In this document: positions 20,181-29,856 of the stretch, piece by piece
Numbering within the stretch: position 1 is the stretch's first letter
Layout: each line of letters opens with the position of its first letter
From: a bacterium
GTDB taxonomy: Bacteria > UBA8248
Length of the DNA stretch: 64,000 nt
Direction of reading: 5' to 3'
NCBI GenBank assembly: GCA_965204535.1
Contig: OZ241996.1
Location: 480,001 to 544,000, forward strand
Notes under the pieces: model-generated
The model's database searches: none
What the model was told of the DNA's origin: nothing
Seen by the model: only the letters and a program-made list of their open reading frames with translations
Translations under genes and position numbers: made by a program

Positions 20181-21311
20181 ATGCCCCCCACCCAGAGCAT
20201 CGGAACGCCGGTGCGTGAAATCGAAACGCCCGCCCTGATAGTCGACCTCGACGTCATGGAGGAGAACCTCGCCCTGATGGCGAAGCGCCTGGAGGGAACG
20301 GGCGTCAGGCTCCGCGCCCACGCCAAGACGCACAAGAGCCCCTGGCTCGCGAGAAAGCAGATGGCGCTCGGCGCGGTGGGGGTTTGCTGCCAGAAGGTGA
20401 GCGAGGCCGAGGTGATGGTGGAGGGCGGGGTCGGGAACGTGCTCGTGAGCAGCGAGGTCACGGCCGCCTCGAAGCTCAGGCGTCTGGCCGCGCTCGCGCG
20501 CCATGCGAACCTGATGGTGGTGGTGGATCACCCCCAGGGGGTGGCGATGCTCTCAGAAGCCGTGACGGCGGCGGGAGCGGAAATCGGCGTGCTCGTCGAC
20601 GTGGACGTGGGCCAGGGCCGCTGCGGTGTCGCTCCCGGAGAGGCGGCGGCAGAACTGGGCCGGCGCGTGGAAGCAGCGAGGGGACTCGAACTCAAGGGGA
20701 TTCAGGCCTACCACGGCAAGGCCCAGCACGTGGATGGATTTGCTGAGCGACGCGAGGTCTACGCAGACGCCATCGCCAGGATGCGCGAGACGGTGGACGC
20801 GTTCGAGGCCGCCGGGCTTCCGCTTGAGGTCAGGAGCGGCGGCGGCACGGGTTCATGGCGCTGGGATGCGGAATCGGGCGTGCTGAACGAGCTTCAGGCG
20901 GGGAGTTATTTGTTCATGGATTCCCACTACGGCAGCATCGGCGGCGAGAATTCCGAAATCTATGACGACTTCAAGCCGAGTCTTTTCGTGCTGACGACCG
21001 TGGTGAGCGCGACCGGCCCCGGCCACGTGGTGATGGACGCCGGCCACAAGGCGCTTTCCTCGGACAGCGGGCTGGCGCCCTGCCTCGAACTCGAGGGCGC
21101 CGTGCACGCGCGGGCTTCGGATGAGCACGGCGTACTGGAGCTGTCCCCGGCATCGAGGCGGCCCGAGATCGGCGAGACGCTCCTGTTCCAGCCCAGCCAC
21201 TGCGACCCGACCATCAACCTCTACGACGTCTACCACGGCGTCCGCGGCGGAATGGAGGAGGGTGTCCTGGAAGCCGTGATCCCCGTCGCCGCGCGCGGCT
21301 GCGTGTGGTAG
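20181..21311 (+). CDS. DSD1 / D-threonine-aldolase family PLP enzyme
   Basis: TPALIVD, RAHAKTHK, GGGTG, ELQAGSY and HCDPTINL. Confidence 0.9.
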   Translation: MPPTQSIGTPVREIETPALIVDLDVMEENLALMAKRLEGTGVRLRAHAKTHKSPWLARKQMALGAVGVCCQKVSEAEVMVEGGVGNVLVSSEVTAASKLRRLAALARHANLMVVVDHPQGVAMLSEAVTAAGAEIGVLVDVDVGQGRCGVAPGEAAAELGRRVEAARGLELKGIQAYHGKAQHVDGFAERREVYADAIARMRETVDAFEAAGLPLEVRSGGGTGSWRWDAESGVLNELQAGSYLFMDSHYGSIGGENSEIYDDFKPSLFVLTTVVSATGPGHVVMDAGHKALSSDSGLAPCLELEGAVHARASDEHGVLELSPASRRPEIGETLLFQPSHCDPTINLYDVYHGVRGGMEEGVLEAVIPVAARGCVW

Positions 21312-21351
21312 GTCAGCCCCGACTGAGAAAGGAGGGGCTGCCGACCGATGA

Positions 21352-21700
21352 GGGGCTGTTGAAAAACCCCGCGTCGGGGGTATTGTTTTTATCCCCTGGC
21401 AAGGGGCTGTTGAAAAACCCCCTGAGAGGGGAATGGCAACCCTCTGAAAGGGAAACCCCATAAAGGCAACCCCCCCTACCCCCCCTTGTCAGGGGGGTAT
21501 AAAAAGGCGATGCGCTACCGCCGAGTTGAGGGGGGTTTTGCTTTTTCTTGCCCCCCTGACAAGGGGGGGTAGGGGGGGTTGCCTTTGTCCCCTGACAAGG
21601 GGAATTAGGGGGTTGAACGCGACCACGGAGGGAGCGTTCGCTCCCTTGATAAAGGCTTTTTTGGCAACCCCGCATGTGTGGCGGACATATATGTCCGACC
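21352..21700. repeat. Two IS1182-like left ends, a MITE family A copy (21465-21583) and a REP-like palindrome
   Basis: GGGGCTGTTGAAAAACCCC twice; family A termini; CGGACATATATGTCCG. Confidence 0.85.
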
Positions 21701-21715
21701 TGCGAACCCAGGCCC

Positions 21716-22240
21716 TTACGAGGGCTTTCCGAACGTGGCCACCCTGTCCACGCGGCACTCGAAGAGCACGCGCTTCTCGTCGATGGCAGGGTCCCTGAGC
21801 GCATAGGGCGGGTCCGCGCCCGTGTATTTCGTCCAGATGCGGTCGAGCTGTTCGGTCGCCCGCTCGCCGCCCGGGCCGTCTTCGTGTATCTCGTTCACCA
21901 CCGTGCACTTGATGCTCATCCAGTGGTAGGGGTTTTCGGGGTTCACGAGGAGGATCGTGAGCTGCGGGTTGTTTCGTATCCATCCGCACTTGGGCCGGTG
22001 CGAGGCCGTGTTCACCAGAATGGTGTCGCCCTCGTAGTCGAACCACATGGGCGTCATGTTCACCCGTCCGTCGGGGCCGATGAGGCCCAGCGTGACCGTG
22101 ATCGGCTTGTCCAGCAAATCTCGATAGATGGGGTCCAGATCCGCCAGACCGCTCGCCTTCGCCCTCTCGCCTATGGCGAACTGGCCCTCCTGCAGACCCT
22201 CGGACACGTCCTTGAACTTGGCTACGGTGAATTCCGCCAT
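21716..22240 (-). CDS. Pyridoxamine 5'-phosphate oxidase (PPOX/FDOR) family protein
   Basis: PDGRVNMTPMWF, NTA..RPK and NPENPYHW; RBS AGGAGG. Confidence 0.8.
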   Translation of the reverse strand: MAEFTVAKFKDVSEGLQEGQFAIGERAKASGLADLDPIYRDLLDKPITVTLGLIGPDGRVNMTPMWFDYEGDTILVNTASHRPKCGWIRNNPQLTILLVNPENPYHWMSIKCTVVNEIHEDGPGGERATEQLDRIWTKYTGADPPYALRDPAIDEKRVLFECRVDRVATFGKPS

Positions 22241-22448
22241 TGCGCACGTCCTCCTGAAGCGTGAAAAAGTGATGAGTGGATTTCCCCGGATGCTAGCAGG
22301 GGGCGGGCGGCCCGGCAAGGGGAGGGACGGGTCGCCGTGCGCAGTTCTCCAGCCTTGCGCTATTCCTCTCCCTCACCATGTCGTTGCGTATGCCCACAAT
22401 TTGATGTAGGGTAGAAAGGAAATATTTTTTCTACCCTGGGGGCTGGCG

Positions 22449-22706
22449 ATGGGTCTCAATATTAAAAATGAGGAAACCTGTAAGCTCGCTGCTGATTTGG
22501 CCCGACTGACCGGCGAGACGATGACCGGCGCGATTACGGTTGCCCTGCAAGAACGTCTCGAACGCGAGAAAAGGCTGCGCGACGCAGACGTTCGCGCTCA
22601 AAAACTGCGCGCCATCGCGGAGCGCTGTGCGAAACTTTTGGACCCGGGGCCGCCCGCCGTAGAACATGGGGACATGCTCTACGACGAGCGGGGATTGCCC
22701 AGGTGA
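22449..22706 (+). CDS. vapB: VapB-family antitoxin (Rv0623-like)
   Basis: MGLNIKN...LARLTGETMTGAI...LYDERGLP; overlaps vapC. Confidence 0.88.
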   Translation: MGLNIKNEETCKLAADLARLTGETMTGAITVALQERLEREKRLRDADVRAQKLRAIAERCAKLLDPGPPAVEHGDMLYDERGLPR

Positions 22707-23089
22707 TTGTCGATAGTTCGGCGCTCCTCGCCGTTCTCTACCGTGAGCAGGACGCGGAACGCTACGAGAAGGCCATCGCCTCGGCCGCGCACCCCCGCAT
22801 GTCGGTCGCCAATGTGCTGGAGACTTCCATCGTATTGGAAAGTCGCGGCGGCGCGGCGGCGGGAGACGAACTCGATTTGTTCCTGAGAGACGCCGGAATC
22901 GAATTGGTGCCCGTTGGTCTGGAACATTTGGAAGCGGCCCGGCGCGCCTGGCGGCGCTTCGGCAAGGGGAATCATCCGGCATCGCTGAATTTCGGAGATT
23001 GCTTCGCCTACGCGCTCGCCGACCTGATGGACGAGCCGCTGCTGTTCAAGGGCGAGGACTTCACCCGCACCGACATCGAGGCGGCGTGA
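22703..23089 (+). CDS. vapC: VapC PIN-domain toxin
   Basis: MIVDSSA, HPASLNFGDCFAYALA and LLFKGEDF. Confidence 0.93.
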   Translation: MIVDSSALLAVLYREQDAERYEKAIASAAHPRMSVANVLETSIVLESRGGAAAGDELDLFLRDAGIELVPVGLEHLEAARRAWRRFGKGNHPASLNFGDCFAYALADLMDEPLLFKGEDFTRTDIEAA

Positions 23090-23178
23090 GCGGAAAGAGA
23101 ATGTGGACCCGGGCGAATAGTGAAAGAAGTTGAATCCCCGCTTGCTTGATACCCATATCGGGCATTATAATTCCCATT

Positions 23179-23841
23179 ATGGGTAATTCGGCGGCATCAC
23201 ATCTCTCTCGCATGACTCGCCGCAGGGCGTCCGGACCCGATGCCGCATCCACAGGTCTCGCGGATGCGCTGTTCACCACCACCCAGCAGCGGCTCCTGGC
23301 GCTGCTGTTCGGCCAGCCCGGACGGAGCTTTTTCGCGAGCGAATTGATCCAATTAACAGGGTCCGGCTCCGGCGCCGTGCAGCGTGAACTCAAGCGCTTC
23401 GCATCCTGCGGGCTGGTGAGCGTCACCTCTATCGGCAGGCAGAAACATTACCAGGCCAATCCGGGTTGTCCGGTGTTCGAGGAGGTGAGCGGCATCGTGC
23501 GCAAGACGCTCGCCCTGGTGGAACCGATCCGGCGGGCGTTGGAGCCGCTCGCCGCTCGCATCGAGCTCGCCCTGGTGTACGGGTCGGTCGTCAAGGGGAC
23601 CGATACGGCGGGCAGCGACGTCGATCTGCTCCTCGTCGCCGACGGCGTGATGCTGGAGGAGGTTTACGACGCGCTCTCGCCGGTGGAGGCCGGCCTCGCC
23701 CGGCGGATCAGCCCCACGCTTTATACGTCCACGGAGTTCCATGAACGCAGAGCCGCCGGGAACTTTTTTCTGAAGAACGTGCTCGCCGGTGAGCACATCA
23801 TCCTCATCGGGAGCGAAGATGACGCATCCGCAACTCGATAA
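23179..23841 (+). CDS. wHTH plus minimal nucleotidyltransferase (MNT) protein
   Basis: N-terminal HTH (ASELI..GSGAVQREL); YGSVVKG..SDVDL NTase motif; start uncertain (23179 or 23212). Confidence 0.8.
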   Translation: MGNSAASHLSRMTRRRASGPDAASTGLADALFTTTQQRLLALLFGQPGRSFFASELIQLTGSGSGAVQRELKRFASCGLVSVTSIGRQKHYQANPGCPVFEEVSGIVRKTLALVEPIRRALEPLAARIELALVYGSVVKGTDTAGSDVDLLLVADGVMLEEVYDALSPVEAGLARRISPTLYTSTEFHERRAAGNFFLKNVLAGEHIILIGSEDDASATR

Positions 23842-24238
23842 CCTGGTGCGCATCGGCCGGCTCAAGAGCGAGCCGGTCGCCGATGAGGAAATCGAGGGTC
23901 TGGTCCGCTCGGGCGTTCGCCGTCTGAACGACGCCGAGCGCGAAAACTTAAGCCTGGAGAGCCGTTTCGATCTGGCCTACAACGCCGCCCATGCGCTGGC
24001 GCTCGCCGCGTTGCGCCTGCGAGGCTGTCGCTCCGATTCGCGCTATCTGGTTTTTCAATGCCTCCAGCACACCGTCGATTTGCCGCAGGCGCAGTGGCGC
24101 GTGCTGGACAACGCCCACCGCAAGCGCAACCTCGCCGAGTATGAGGGCGTGCTGGACGTAGGTGAGGAACTCATCGCCGCGTTGCTGCGGGTGTCACGGG
24201 AAGTGGAAAGGCGCTTGAGCGAAGGAATAAGGCCTTGA
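23819..24238 (+). CDS. HEPN-like partner protein
   Basis: Helical protein with LAYNAAH and RKRNLAEYEG; overlaps the upstream MNT gene. Confidence 0.65.
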   Translation: MTHPQLDNLVRIGRLKSEPVADEEIEGLVRSGVRRLNDAERENLSLESRFDLAYNAAHALALAALRLRGCRSDSRYLVFQCLQHTVDLPQAQWRVLDNAHRKRNLAEYEGVLDVGEELIAALLRVSREVERRLSEGIRP

Positions 24239-24391
24239 AGCGGATTCATTTTGAATGCCCTGGAAAATCTTGATTCTCCGCTTTTCCTTTTACACTTATG
24301 GCGAAGTGACGACGAACGAGCGACGCCATGAGCGCTTATCGTGTGCTAGGATTCGCAAAGTCGAATTTCATCATAAGTGGAGGGCGGGTTC

Positions 24392-25315
24392 TTGAACCGC
24401 GTCGTATCGCTCCTGCCGAGCAGCACGGAGATCATCCACGCCTTAGGCTGCGGCGACCGCCTCGTGGGTCGCTCGCACGAGTGCGACTATCCCTCCGGAA
24501 TCACGGCGCTTCCCCCCTGCACCGCGCCCAAGTTCGACCCGAACGGCACGAGCCGCGAGATTGACGAGCGTGTGAAGGTGGTGCTGCAGGAAGCCGTCTC
24601 CGTCTATAGCGTCGACACCGCCCTGCTCGACGAACTCGCACCCGATCTGGTGGTCACCCAGTCCCAGTGTGAGTTGTGCGCCGTGAGCCTCAAGGATGTC
24701 GAAGCGGCCGTGCGCGAACTGGTGCGCTCGAAACCGGACGTTCTCTCGCTCGAGCCCAACGCGCTGGGAGACGTCTGGCGCGATGTCGCCTCGGTGGCGG
24801 CGGCGTTGGGAGTCCGCGAACGCGGTGACGCCCTGCTGGCGGAATTGCGTGAGCGGCTGGACGCCATCGCCGGGCGGTCGCGGGAGATGGGCCGCAGGCC
24901 GCGCATCGCCTGCATCGAGTGGTACGATCCGCTCATGGCGGCGGGCAACTGGGTGCCCGAACTCGTGGAGATCGCGGGCGGGGAGGACGTCTTGGGCGTC
25001 CGAGGCGAACACTCCGCATGGCTCGAATGGGCCAATTTAGAGGAAAGCAATCCTGAGTTCATCGTGCTCATGCCCTGTGGTTTCGACATCCCCCGCTCGC
25101 GCCGCGAGTTGGCAGCGCTCACAGAAAGGCCGGAGTGGGCGCGCCTCGAAGCTGCCCAAAGGGGAGAAGTGTTCGTCACGGACGGGAACCAGTTCTTCAA
25201 CCGCCCCGGACCCAGGCTGGTCGAATCCGCCGAGATACTGGCGGAGATTCTCCATCCCGACGCCTTCGCCTTCGGCCACGAGGGCGCGGGCTGGGAGCGT
25301 CTGGGCGCTGTTTGA
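24392..25315 (+). CDS. BtuF-like cobalamin/Fe-complex binding protein lacking a signal peptide
   Basis: RVVSLLPSSTE, VGRSHECDYP, GNWVPEL and FNRPGPRL. Confidence 0.8.
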   Translation: MNRVVSLLPSSTEIIHALGCGDRLVGRSHECDYPSGITALPPCTAPKFDPNGTSREIDERVKVVLQEAVSVYSVDTALLDELAPDLVVTQSQCELCAVSLKDVEAAVRELVRSKPDVLSLEPNALGDVWRDVASVAAALGVRERGDALLAELRERLDAIAGRSREMGRRPRIACIEWYDPLMAAGNWVPELVEIAGGEDVLGVRGEHSAWLEWANLEESNPEFIVLMPCGFDIPRSRRELAALTERPEWARLEAAQRGEVFVTDGNQFFNRPGPRLVESAEILAEILHPDAFAFGHEGAGWERLGAV

Positions 25316-25333
25316 TACCCACTGGAACCAATT

Positions 25334-26161
25334 ATGAACGAAGATAGTTGGGCGACTCTCCATGAGCGGGCATGCCGCAACGGTGAGGAATTCTACGTCG
25401 ACCCCGAGACGGGGTGGCGCGTCTTCACCGAGGTCGGGCTCAGGCGGCGCGGGAGTTGCTGCGGCAGCGGCTGCCGCCACTGTCCCTATGCGCACGAGGC
25501 GGTGCCGGTGGAAGAACGCCCCCGCCTCGCCCGCCGGTCCACCTGGATGACCGGCGTTCCGCCTCCCACCGGACCCGCCGACGCGCTCTTCTGGAGCGGC
25601 GGGAAGGACAGCTATCTCACCTGGCGGGCCTTGCGGCGCGAGGGTTTACGGCCAATCGTTCTGCTCACCACCTTCGATGCGGCGAGCCGGAAAATCGCGC
25701 ATCAGGAACTCGATATCGAACTGGTGGCGCGTCAGGCGGAACACCTGGGCGTCCCGCTGCTGGGCGTCCCCCTCCATCCGGGAGAGGCGTATGAGGCGCG
25801 CATCGCCGAGGCGGCCCGCATGGTTCCGCGCATCGCCCGCTTCGTCTTCGGTGACCTCCATCTCGAGCATATCCGCGATTGGCGCGTCGAGGCGTTTCGG
25901 GAATTGGCCGCCGATCTTGGCGCATCCCTCCACTTCCCGCTGTGGGGCGCGCCGTATGAGGCGCTGATGGACGACTTGGAAGCGAGCGGCGCGGTCTGTG
26001 AGGTATCGGCGGTGACCGAAGTTGCGTTAGGCGTCGTACAGGTCGGGCAGCGCTTCGACCGCGCGATGATGACGGGCCTGCCCGAGCGCATTGACCGGTT
26101 CGGCGAAAACGGGGAGTTTCACACCCTCGTCAAAGTCTGGGCGGGGGATGGGAGGCGTTAG
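25334..26161 (+). CDS. DUF5522-like Cys-rich domain fused to a Dph6/MJ0570-like PP-loop ATPase
   Basis: RGSCCGSGCRHCPY; WSGGKDS PP-loop; FGDLHL, PLW and GENGEFHT. Confidence 0.8.
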   Translation: MNEDSWATLHERACRNGEEFYVDPETGWRVFTEVGLRRRGSCCGSGCRHCPYAHEAVPVEERPRLARRSTWMTGVPPPTGPADALFWSGGKDSYLTWRALRREGLRPIVLLTTFDAASRKIAHQELDIELVARQAEHLGVPLLGVPLHPGEAYEARIAEAARMVPRIARFVFGDLHLEHIRDWRVEAFRELAADLGASLHFPLWGAPYEALMDDLEASGAVCEVSAVTEVALGVVQVGQRFDRAMMTGLPERIDRFGENGEFHTLVKVWAGDGRR

Positions 26162-26162
26162 A

Positions 26163-26501
26163 CTAAGCCCCTGGCGGCGCGAGCCGTTCGAGTCGGGAAA
26201 TGAGTTGGGGGATGTCCTGTTGGACGGTTTCCCACACGCGCATCAGGTTGACGTTGAAATATCCATGCACAAGGCGGTTTCGCATACCAATGATTTCGGG
26301 CCATGGGATTTCAGGATGCGCCTCTTTGGCGTCAGGGCCGACATGGGAGGCGGCTTCTCCGACGATTTCTATGGCTTTCAGGATGGCGAGTTGCGCCATA
26401 CGGTTTTGTTTGAACTCCGCGAAGCTCGAACCGTCGGCGAACGCCGCCGCCTCGCGCGCCGCCTGCAGCATGTCGATCAGCCAGGCTTCTTCACGCCGCA
26501 T
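26163..26501 (-). CDS. DUF86 / HepT-like HEPN RNase toxin
   Basis: EIVGEAA...IPWPEIIGMRNRLVHGY (RX4H motif). Confidence 0.9.
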   Translation of the reverse strand: MRREEAWLIDMLQAAREAAAFADGSSFAEFKQNRMAQLAILKAIEIVGEAASHVGPDAKEAHPEIPWPEIIGMRNRLVHGYFNVNLMRVWETVQQDIPQLISRLERLAPPGA

Positions 26502-26805
26502 AAATCGTCTCGGTGGACTGGAGGATGGCTTCGCGGCGAATATGGTTACGGCTTTGTTCGATACCCGCGCGCTCGACGAGGTCCACATCGCGCCCGAAAA
26601 TCTTTTTAAGCTCCTCCTCCATGCGAACCATGTCGAAGAGGGTATGGCGCGCGCTTTCCTCAAAACTGACGAGGAAGTCGATGTCGCTATCGGGGCCGAA
26701 GTCTTCGCGCAGCGCCGAGCCGAAGACGTCGAGCTGCGTGACTTGCCAGCGTTCGCAAAAAGAGGTGATTTCCTCGCGCGATGCTTCAAGGTCGAAACGC
26801 ATCAT
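26491..26805 (-). CDS. MntA-like minimal nucleotidyltransferase antitoxin
   Basis: VFGSALREDF..DSDID and GRDVDLV. Confidence 0.9.
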   Translation of the reverse strand: MMRFDLEASREEITSFCERWQVTQLDVFGSALREDFGPDSDIDFLVSFEESARHTLFDMVRMEEELKKIFGRDVDLVERAGIEQSRNHIRREAILQSTETIYAA

Positions 26806-26889
26806 GAAACTCCCAGGAAACGGAGATTTCGGGCAACGCGTGCATTTTCTCATAATCCGCGCAGCGCGTCTTGTCTTACAATAGACCCT

Positions 26890-27318
26890 CTAGGGCCGCT
26901 CCCAGTCGGCGACGCCGCCGGGAATGACGCGGAAGAGGGGATGGGGTTCGAGCGAGGCCTCCAAAAGATATTTCTCGTGTAGCTCCGGCGCGCGGGTTTT
27001 CAGCTTTTTCATTAGATGACGCCATTCGAAATCGAGTTGGCCGCTTGTTACCTCCAGTCGCTTCGAGGTGCGGCTGCGGCCTGTCTTGCCTTTATCGAAG
27101 CGGTAACCGCGCTCAATGGATTCCGCGTGCACGGCTCTCAGATATTCGGCGATGAGGGCGGCGGGTCTGGCTCCACCCCGGAACCGCTCCAGTTGGGGAT
27201 GATTGCGGTAGCCCTTCGTCTCGCCCGCCAGGACCGCCTGGGCGAGCAGGGCTTCGCGCCACAGGGCGACGAGGCCTTTGGCGTCGAGATATCTGGGATG
27301 AAGACTCCACAAGCGCAT
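26890..27318 (-). CDS. Pyrimidine dimer DNA glycosylase / T4 endonuclease V family
   Basis: MRLWSLHP.YLD.KGLVALWRE and GYRNHPQLERF. Confidence 0.85.
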   Translation of the reverse strand: MRLWSLHPRYLDAKGLVALWREALLAQAVLAGETKGYRNHPQLERFRGGARPAALIAEYLRAVHAESIERGYRFDKGKTGRSRTSKRLEVTSGQLDFEWRHLMKKLKTRAPELHEKYLLEASLEPHPLFRVIPGGVADWERP

Positions 27319-27369
27319 CGTTCATCACCCGGCAGCGTCGGTATTCGAAAGAACCCCCTTATGCCCCGC

Positions 27370-28170
27370 CTATTTTTCCTTTCTCGGCTTTCCGTTGATG
27401 AACGCTTCGCGGACGTAGCGCACGACCGACCATATCTTTTTATCGTCCAGCAAGTGGCCGTAGGACTGCATGAAGTCGTATTTCTTGATCCCGGTGACGT
27501 CGATGCGGCCGAGCTTGATGAGCCAGAAGAGAAACCCGTCATTGAAGCGCGCCATCTGCTCTCGCAGGTGATAGTTCATCGGCGGCGGCTGGATGTGGCT
27601 GACGAACGGCTTTCCAGGGTCCTGATCCTCCACGGGGCGGGCACCGTTTCCGAGGCCCTTTTCGCCGTGGCACTGGGAGCAGGCGTCGGTGAAGATTTCA
27701 CTGCTTGCCGCATCTTTCGGCTGCTCCCCTTTGCTGAAGCCGCGCACCCACCGGATGAGTTTTCTTATCTGCCCGTCGTCCAGCGCCTCGCCGAACGAGG
27801 GCATGGCGGTGGGGACGCCGTTCGTTATCTGGTGGCCCTTGGTCCGGTTTTTGAGCACGTTCATCTTGCCGAACTTCACGACGGCGAACATGTAGTCGTC
27901 CGTCATGCGCTTCATGTAGGGGCTGATGAACACCTGCGGTCTCGGCCTCACCGTCCGCCAGATCGGCCCCTTGCCGTCGCCCTTGACCCCGTGGCAGGAG
28001 AAACAGATTTCCCCGTAAATTTTCTTGCCCAGCCGGTAGTCCCCGCCGTTTTGCTTCGCCGTCTCGGGTTTGGGAGGGATTCTCTTGGCCGCATGAGAGG
28101 CGGCGGGTGCGATGAGACTCAAAGAGAGAGTAAGAACGAACCACACCCTCTTTTCCCTCAAAAACTTCAT
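27370..28170 (-). CDS. Exported diheme cytochrome c
   Basis: Signal peptide; CFSCH and CSQCH motifs; TAMPSF. Confidence 0.88.
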   Translation of the reverse strand: MKFLREKRVWFVLTLSLSLIAPAASHAAKRIPPKPETAKQNGGDYRLGKKIYGEICFSCHGVKGDGKGPIWRTVRPRPQVFISPYMKRMTDDYMFAVVKFGKMNVLKNRTKGHQITNGVPTAMPSFGEALDDGQIRKLIRWVRGFSKGEQPKDAASSEIFTDACSQCHGEKGLGNGARPVEDQDPGKPFVSHIQPPPMNYHLREQMARFNDGFLFWLIKLGRIDVTGIKKYDFMQSYGHLLDDKKIWSVVRYVREAFINGKPRKEK

Positions 28171-28267
28171 TTCCTGTCCTCTTCCAGCGGTCTCGTCGAT
28201 ACAGGGAGGCTGAGTCTCAAGCGCGGGCGCGTCGGTTGCTCACCCGATTATGCCGGTCAAGCCACCA

Positions 28268-29182
28268 TTATTTCTTCGCGCATGGATTTTTGGCGGCGCG
28301 AGGGTTCTTTGGAGCACAAGGATTCTGGCCCGCGCAGGGGTTTTTCGCTGTAGGCGGATTCCTGGTCGGGGATGAGCTTGGGGGTGCGCACGGGTTCGTG
28401 GCGGCGCATGGATTCGCAGGTTCGCCTAAGTTTCTCGCAATGGGAGAATCCCTGCCGGGATTTTTCGGCTCGCCAGGGTCACTTCCGCCGGGGTTTGCGC
28501 CACCGGCCGCGGGCTGCACCGTCCTCATGAACGCTTTTCGTTTCGCTTCCCAATCGAGCATGCGCTCGTACCGCGCGGGTGTGAGTGAAACCACGTAGGC
28601 TTCCAGGTCCTTGTATTCCTGCGAATAGGGATCCATGCGCGGGTTTCCGATGAACGTCCTGGCGCACCAGTCGTTGAACTGCCCGACGTTCATCACCTGT
28701 CCCGCCGGGCTCAGGCGCGGGAAGTGCTCCGCCGCTCCGATGAGGGGCGGGACGGGAACCGGATGCCTCGCGCCCGTGACGTCCACCACGGTGCCCCGGA
28801 TGGTGCGGCCCCTGGGGTGGCAGCTGACGCAGCCGGTGCTGCGGAAGATTTTCCTGCCCCGGGCGACGGCGTCCTTCACGCTGGCGTCGCGCTTCCGGGT
28901 GGAGAGGGAAGGCGGATGCGTGAAGGTCGGCTCCTTGCTCGCCGTCCGGGCCTCGCCGCCCGCAGGGGAGGTGGATGGTTTGACGATGCGCGGGCTCTTC
29001 TCCACCCTGGCGCAGGCGTTCTTCGGCGCACAGGGGTTGCTGGGGGCGCAGGGATTTTGGGCTGCGCAAGGATTTCCGGCGCACGGGTTCTTGGGTGAGT
29101 CCGCCGCATGGACAGTAAGGACGGCCCATATCGAGACGACAAGGAGGGCGCCGAGAAGGACGAGCCTCGATTTTCTCAGCAT
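28268..29182 (-). CDS. Exported monoheme cytochrome c with N- and C-terminal NPCA repeats
   Basis: Signal peptide; CVSCH; about 10 NPCA-like motifs. Confidence 0.8.
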   Translation of the reverse strand: MLRKSRLVLLGALLVVSIWAVLTVHAADSPKNPCAGNPCAAQNPCAPSNPCAPKNACARVEKSPRIVKPSTSPAGGEARTASKEPTFTHPPSLSTRKRDASVKDAVARGRKIFRSTGCVSCHPRGRTIRGTVVDVTGARHPVPVPPLIGAAEHFPRLSPAGQVMNVGQFNDWCARTFIGNPRMDPYSQEYKDLEAYVVSLTPARYERMLDWEAKRKAFMRTVQPAAGGANPGGSDPGEPKNPGRDSPIARNLGEPANPCAATNPCAPPSSSPTRNPPTAKNPCAGQNPCAPKNPRAAKNPCAKK

Positions 29183-29295
29183 GGTTCTTTCTCCCCTGGG
29201 GTATGGATCCGATGCGATAACCGGAAGGGGAATACCGTCATGGATTCTGCCTCGTGAGGCGGCGGCGCCGGACGCATTATATCAGAGTCTGGAGT

Positions 29296-29718
29296 CTAGG
29301 GGAGCAGCCGCATCCCCAGAACGGCGACGAACAGGGCGATGAAGACGGCCAGAAAGCCGCAGTAGGAGTGGATCTGCCTTAGATCATCTTTACCCGGATT
29401 TTTCCTCAGCTTCCGGCCCATATACGCCGTCGTCCAGAACAGGACGAGCGTCAGGGTGGCGAAATAGCTGTGCGCCGTCTCGTAGAGGGGGCCTTCCAGG
29501 GCGAAGCGCATGCCCCCCAATCCCAGTGCGTACCCCACGGAAAAAAGAGCAATAAACCACCGCCCGAGCCGCATGTGCAGCCGCGCGACCCGCGCGGTCT
29601 CGGGTCCGGCGCCCCCCATGCGCGAGCGCCTCACGCGCAGGCCGTTCGCCAGCGTGACCAGGCCCAGCGAAAGGGTGGCTATCTGAAAAGCCGGGTGAAT
29701 ATACGCCGCCAGATTCAT
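29296..29718 (-). CDS. Four-TM membrane protein with conserved His residues (DUF4079 / cytochrome-b-like)
   Basis: YIHP, RLHMRLG, TAHSY and QIHSY pattern in hydrophobic helices. Confidence 0.7.
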   Translation of the reverse strand: MNLAAYIHPAFQIATLSLGLVTLANGLRVRRSRMGGAGPETARVARLHMRLGRWFIALFSVGYALGLGGMRFALEGPLYETAHSYFATLTLVLFWTTAYMGRKLRKNPGKDDLRQIHSYCGFLAVFIALFVAVLGMRLLP

Positions 29719-29856
29719 GCGCTCCGCTCCGGGAAATCTCGTTAAAACGCAGCTTCACTTCCATTCCTGTTTACCTTGCCCGATGAGCAGACGCAAAGCT
29801 ATGATGGAGAAAACATGCACCGGTCCACTGGCCCTGAAACTACAAATGAGGTCACG

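Noticed and set aside
22449-27318. Integron cassette array
   Set aside because: No recognisable attC sites, mixed gene orientations and no intI
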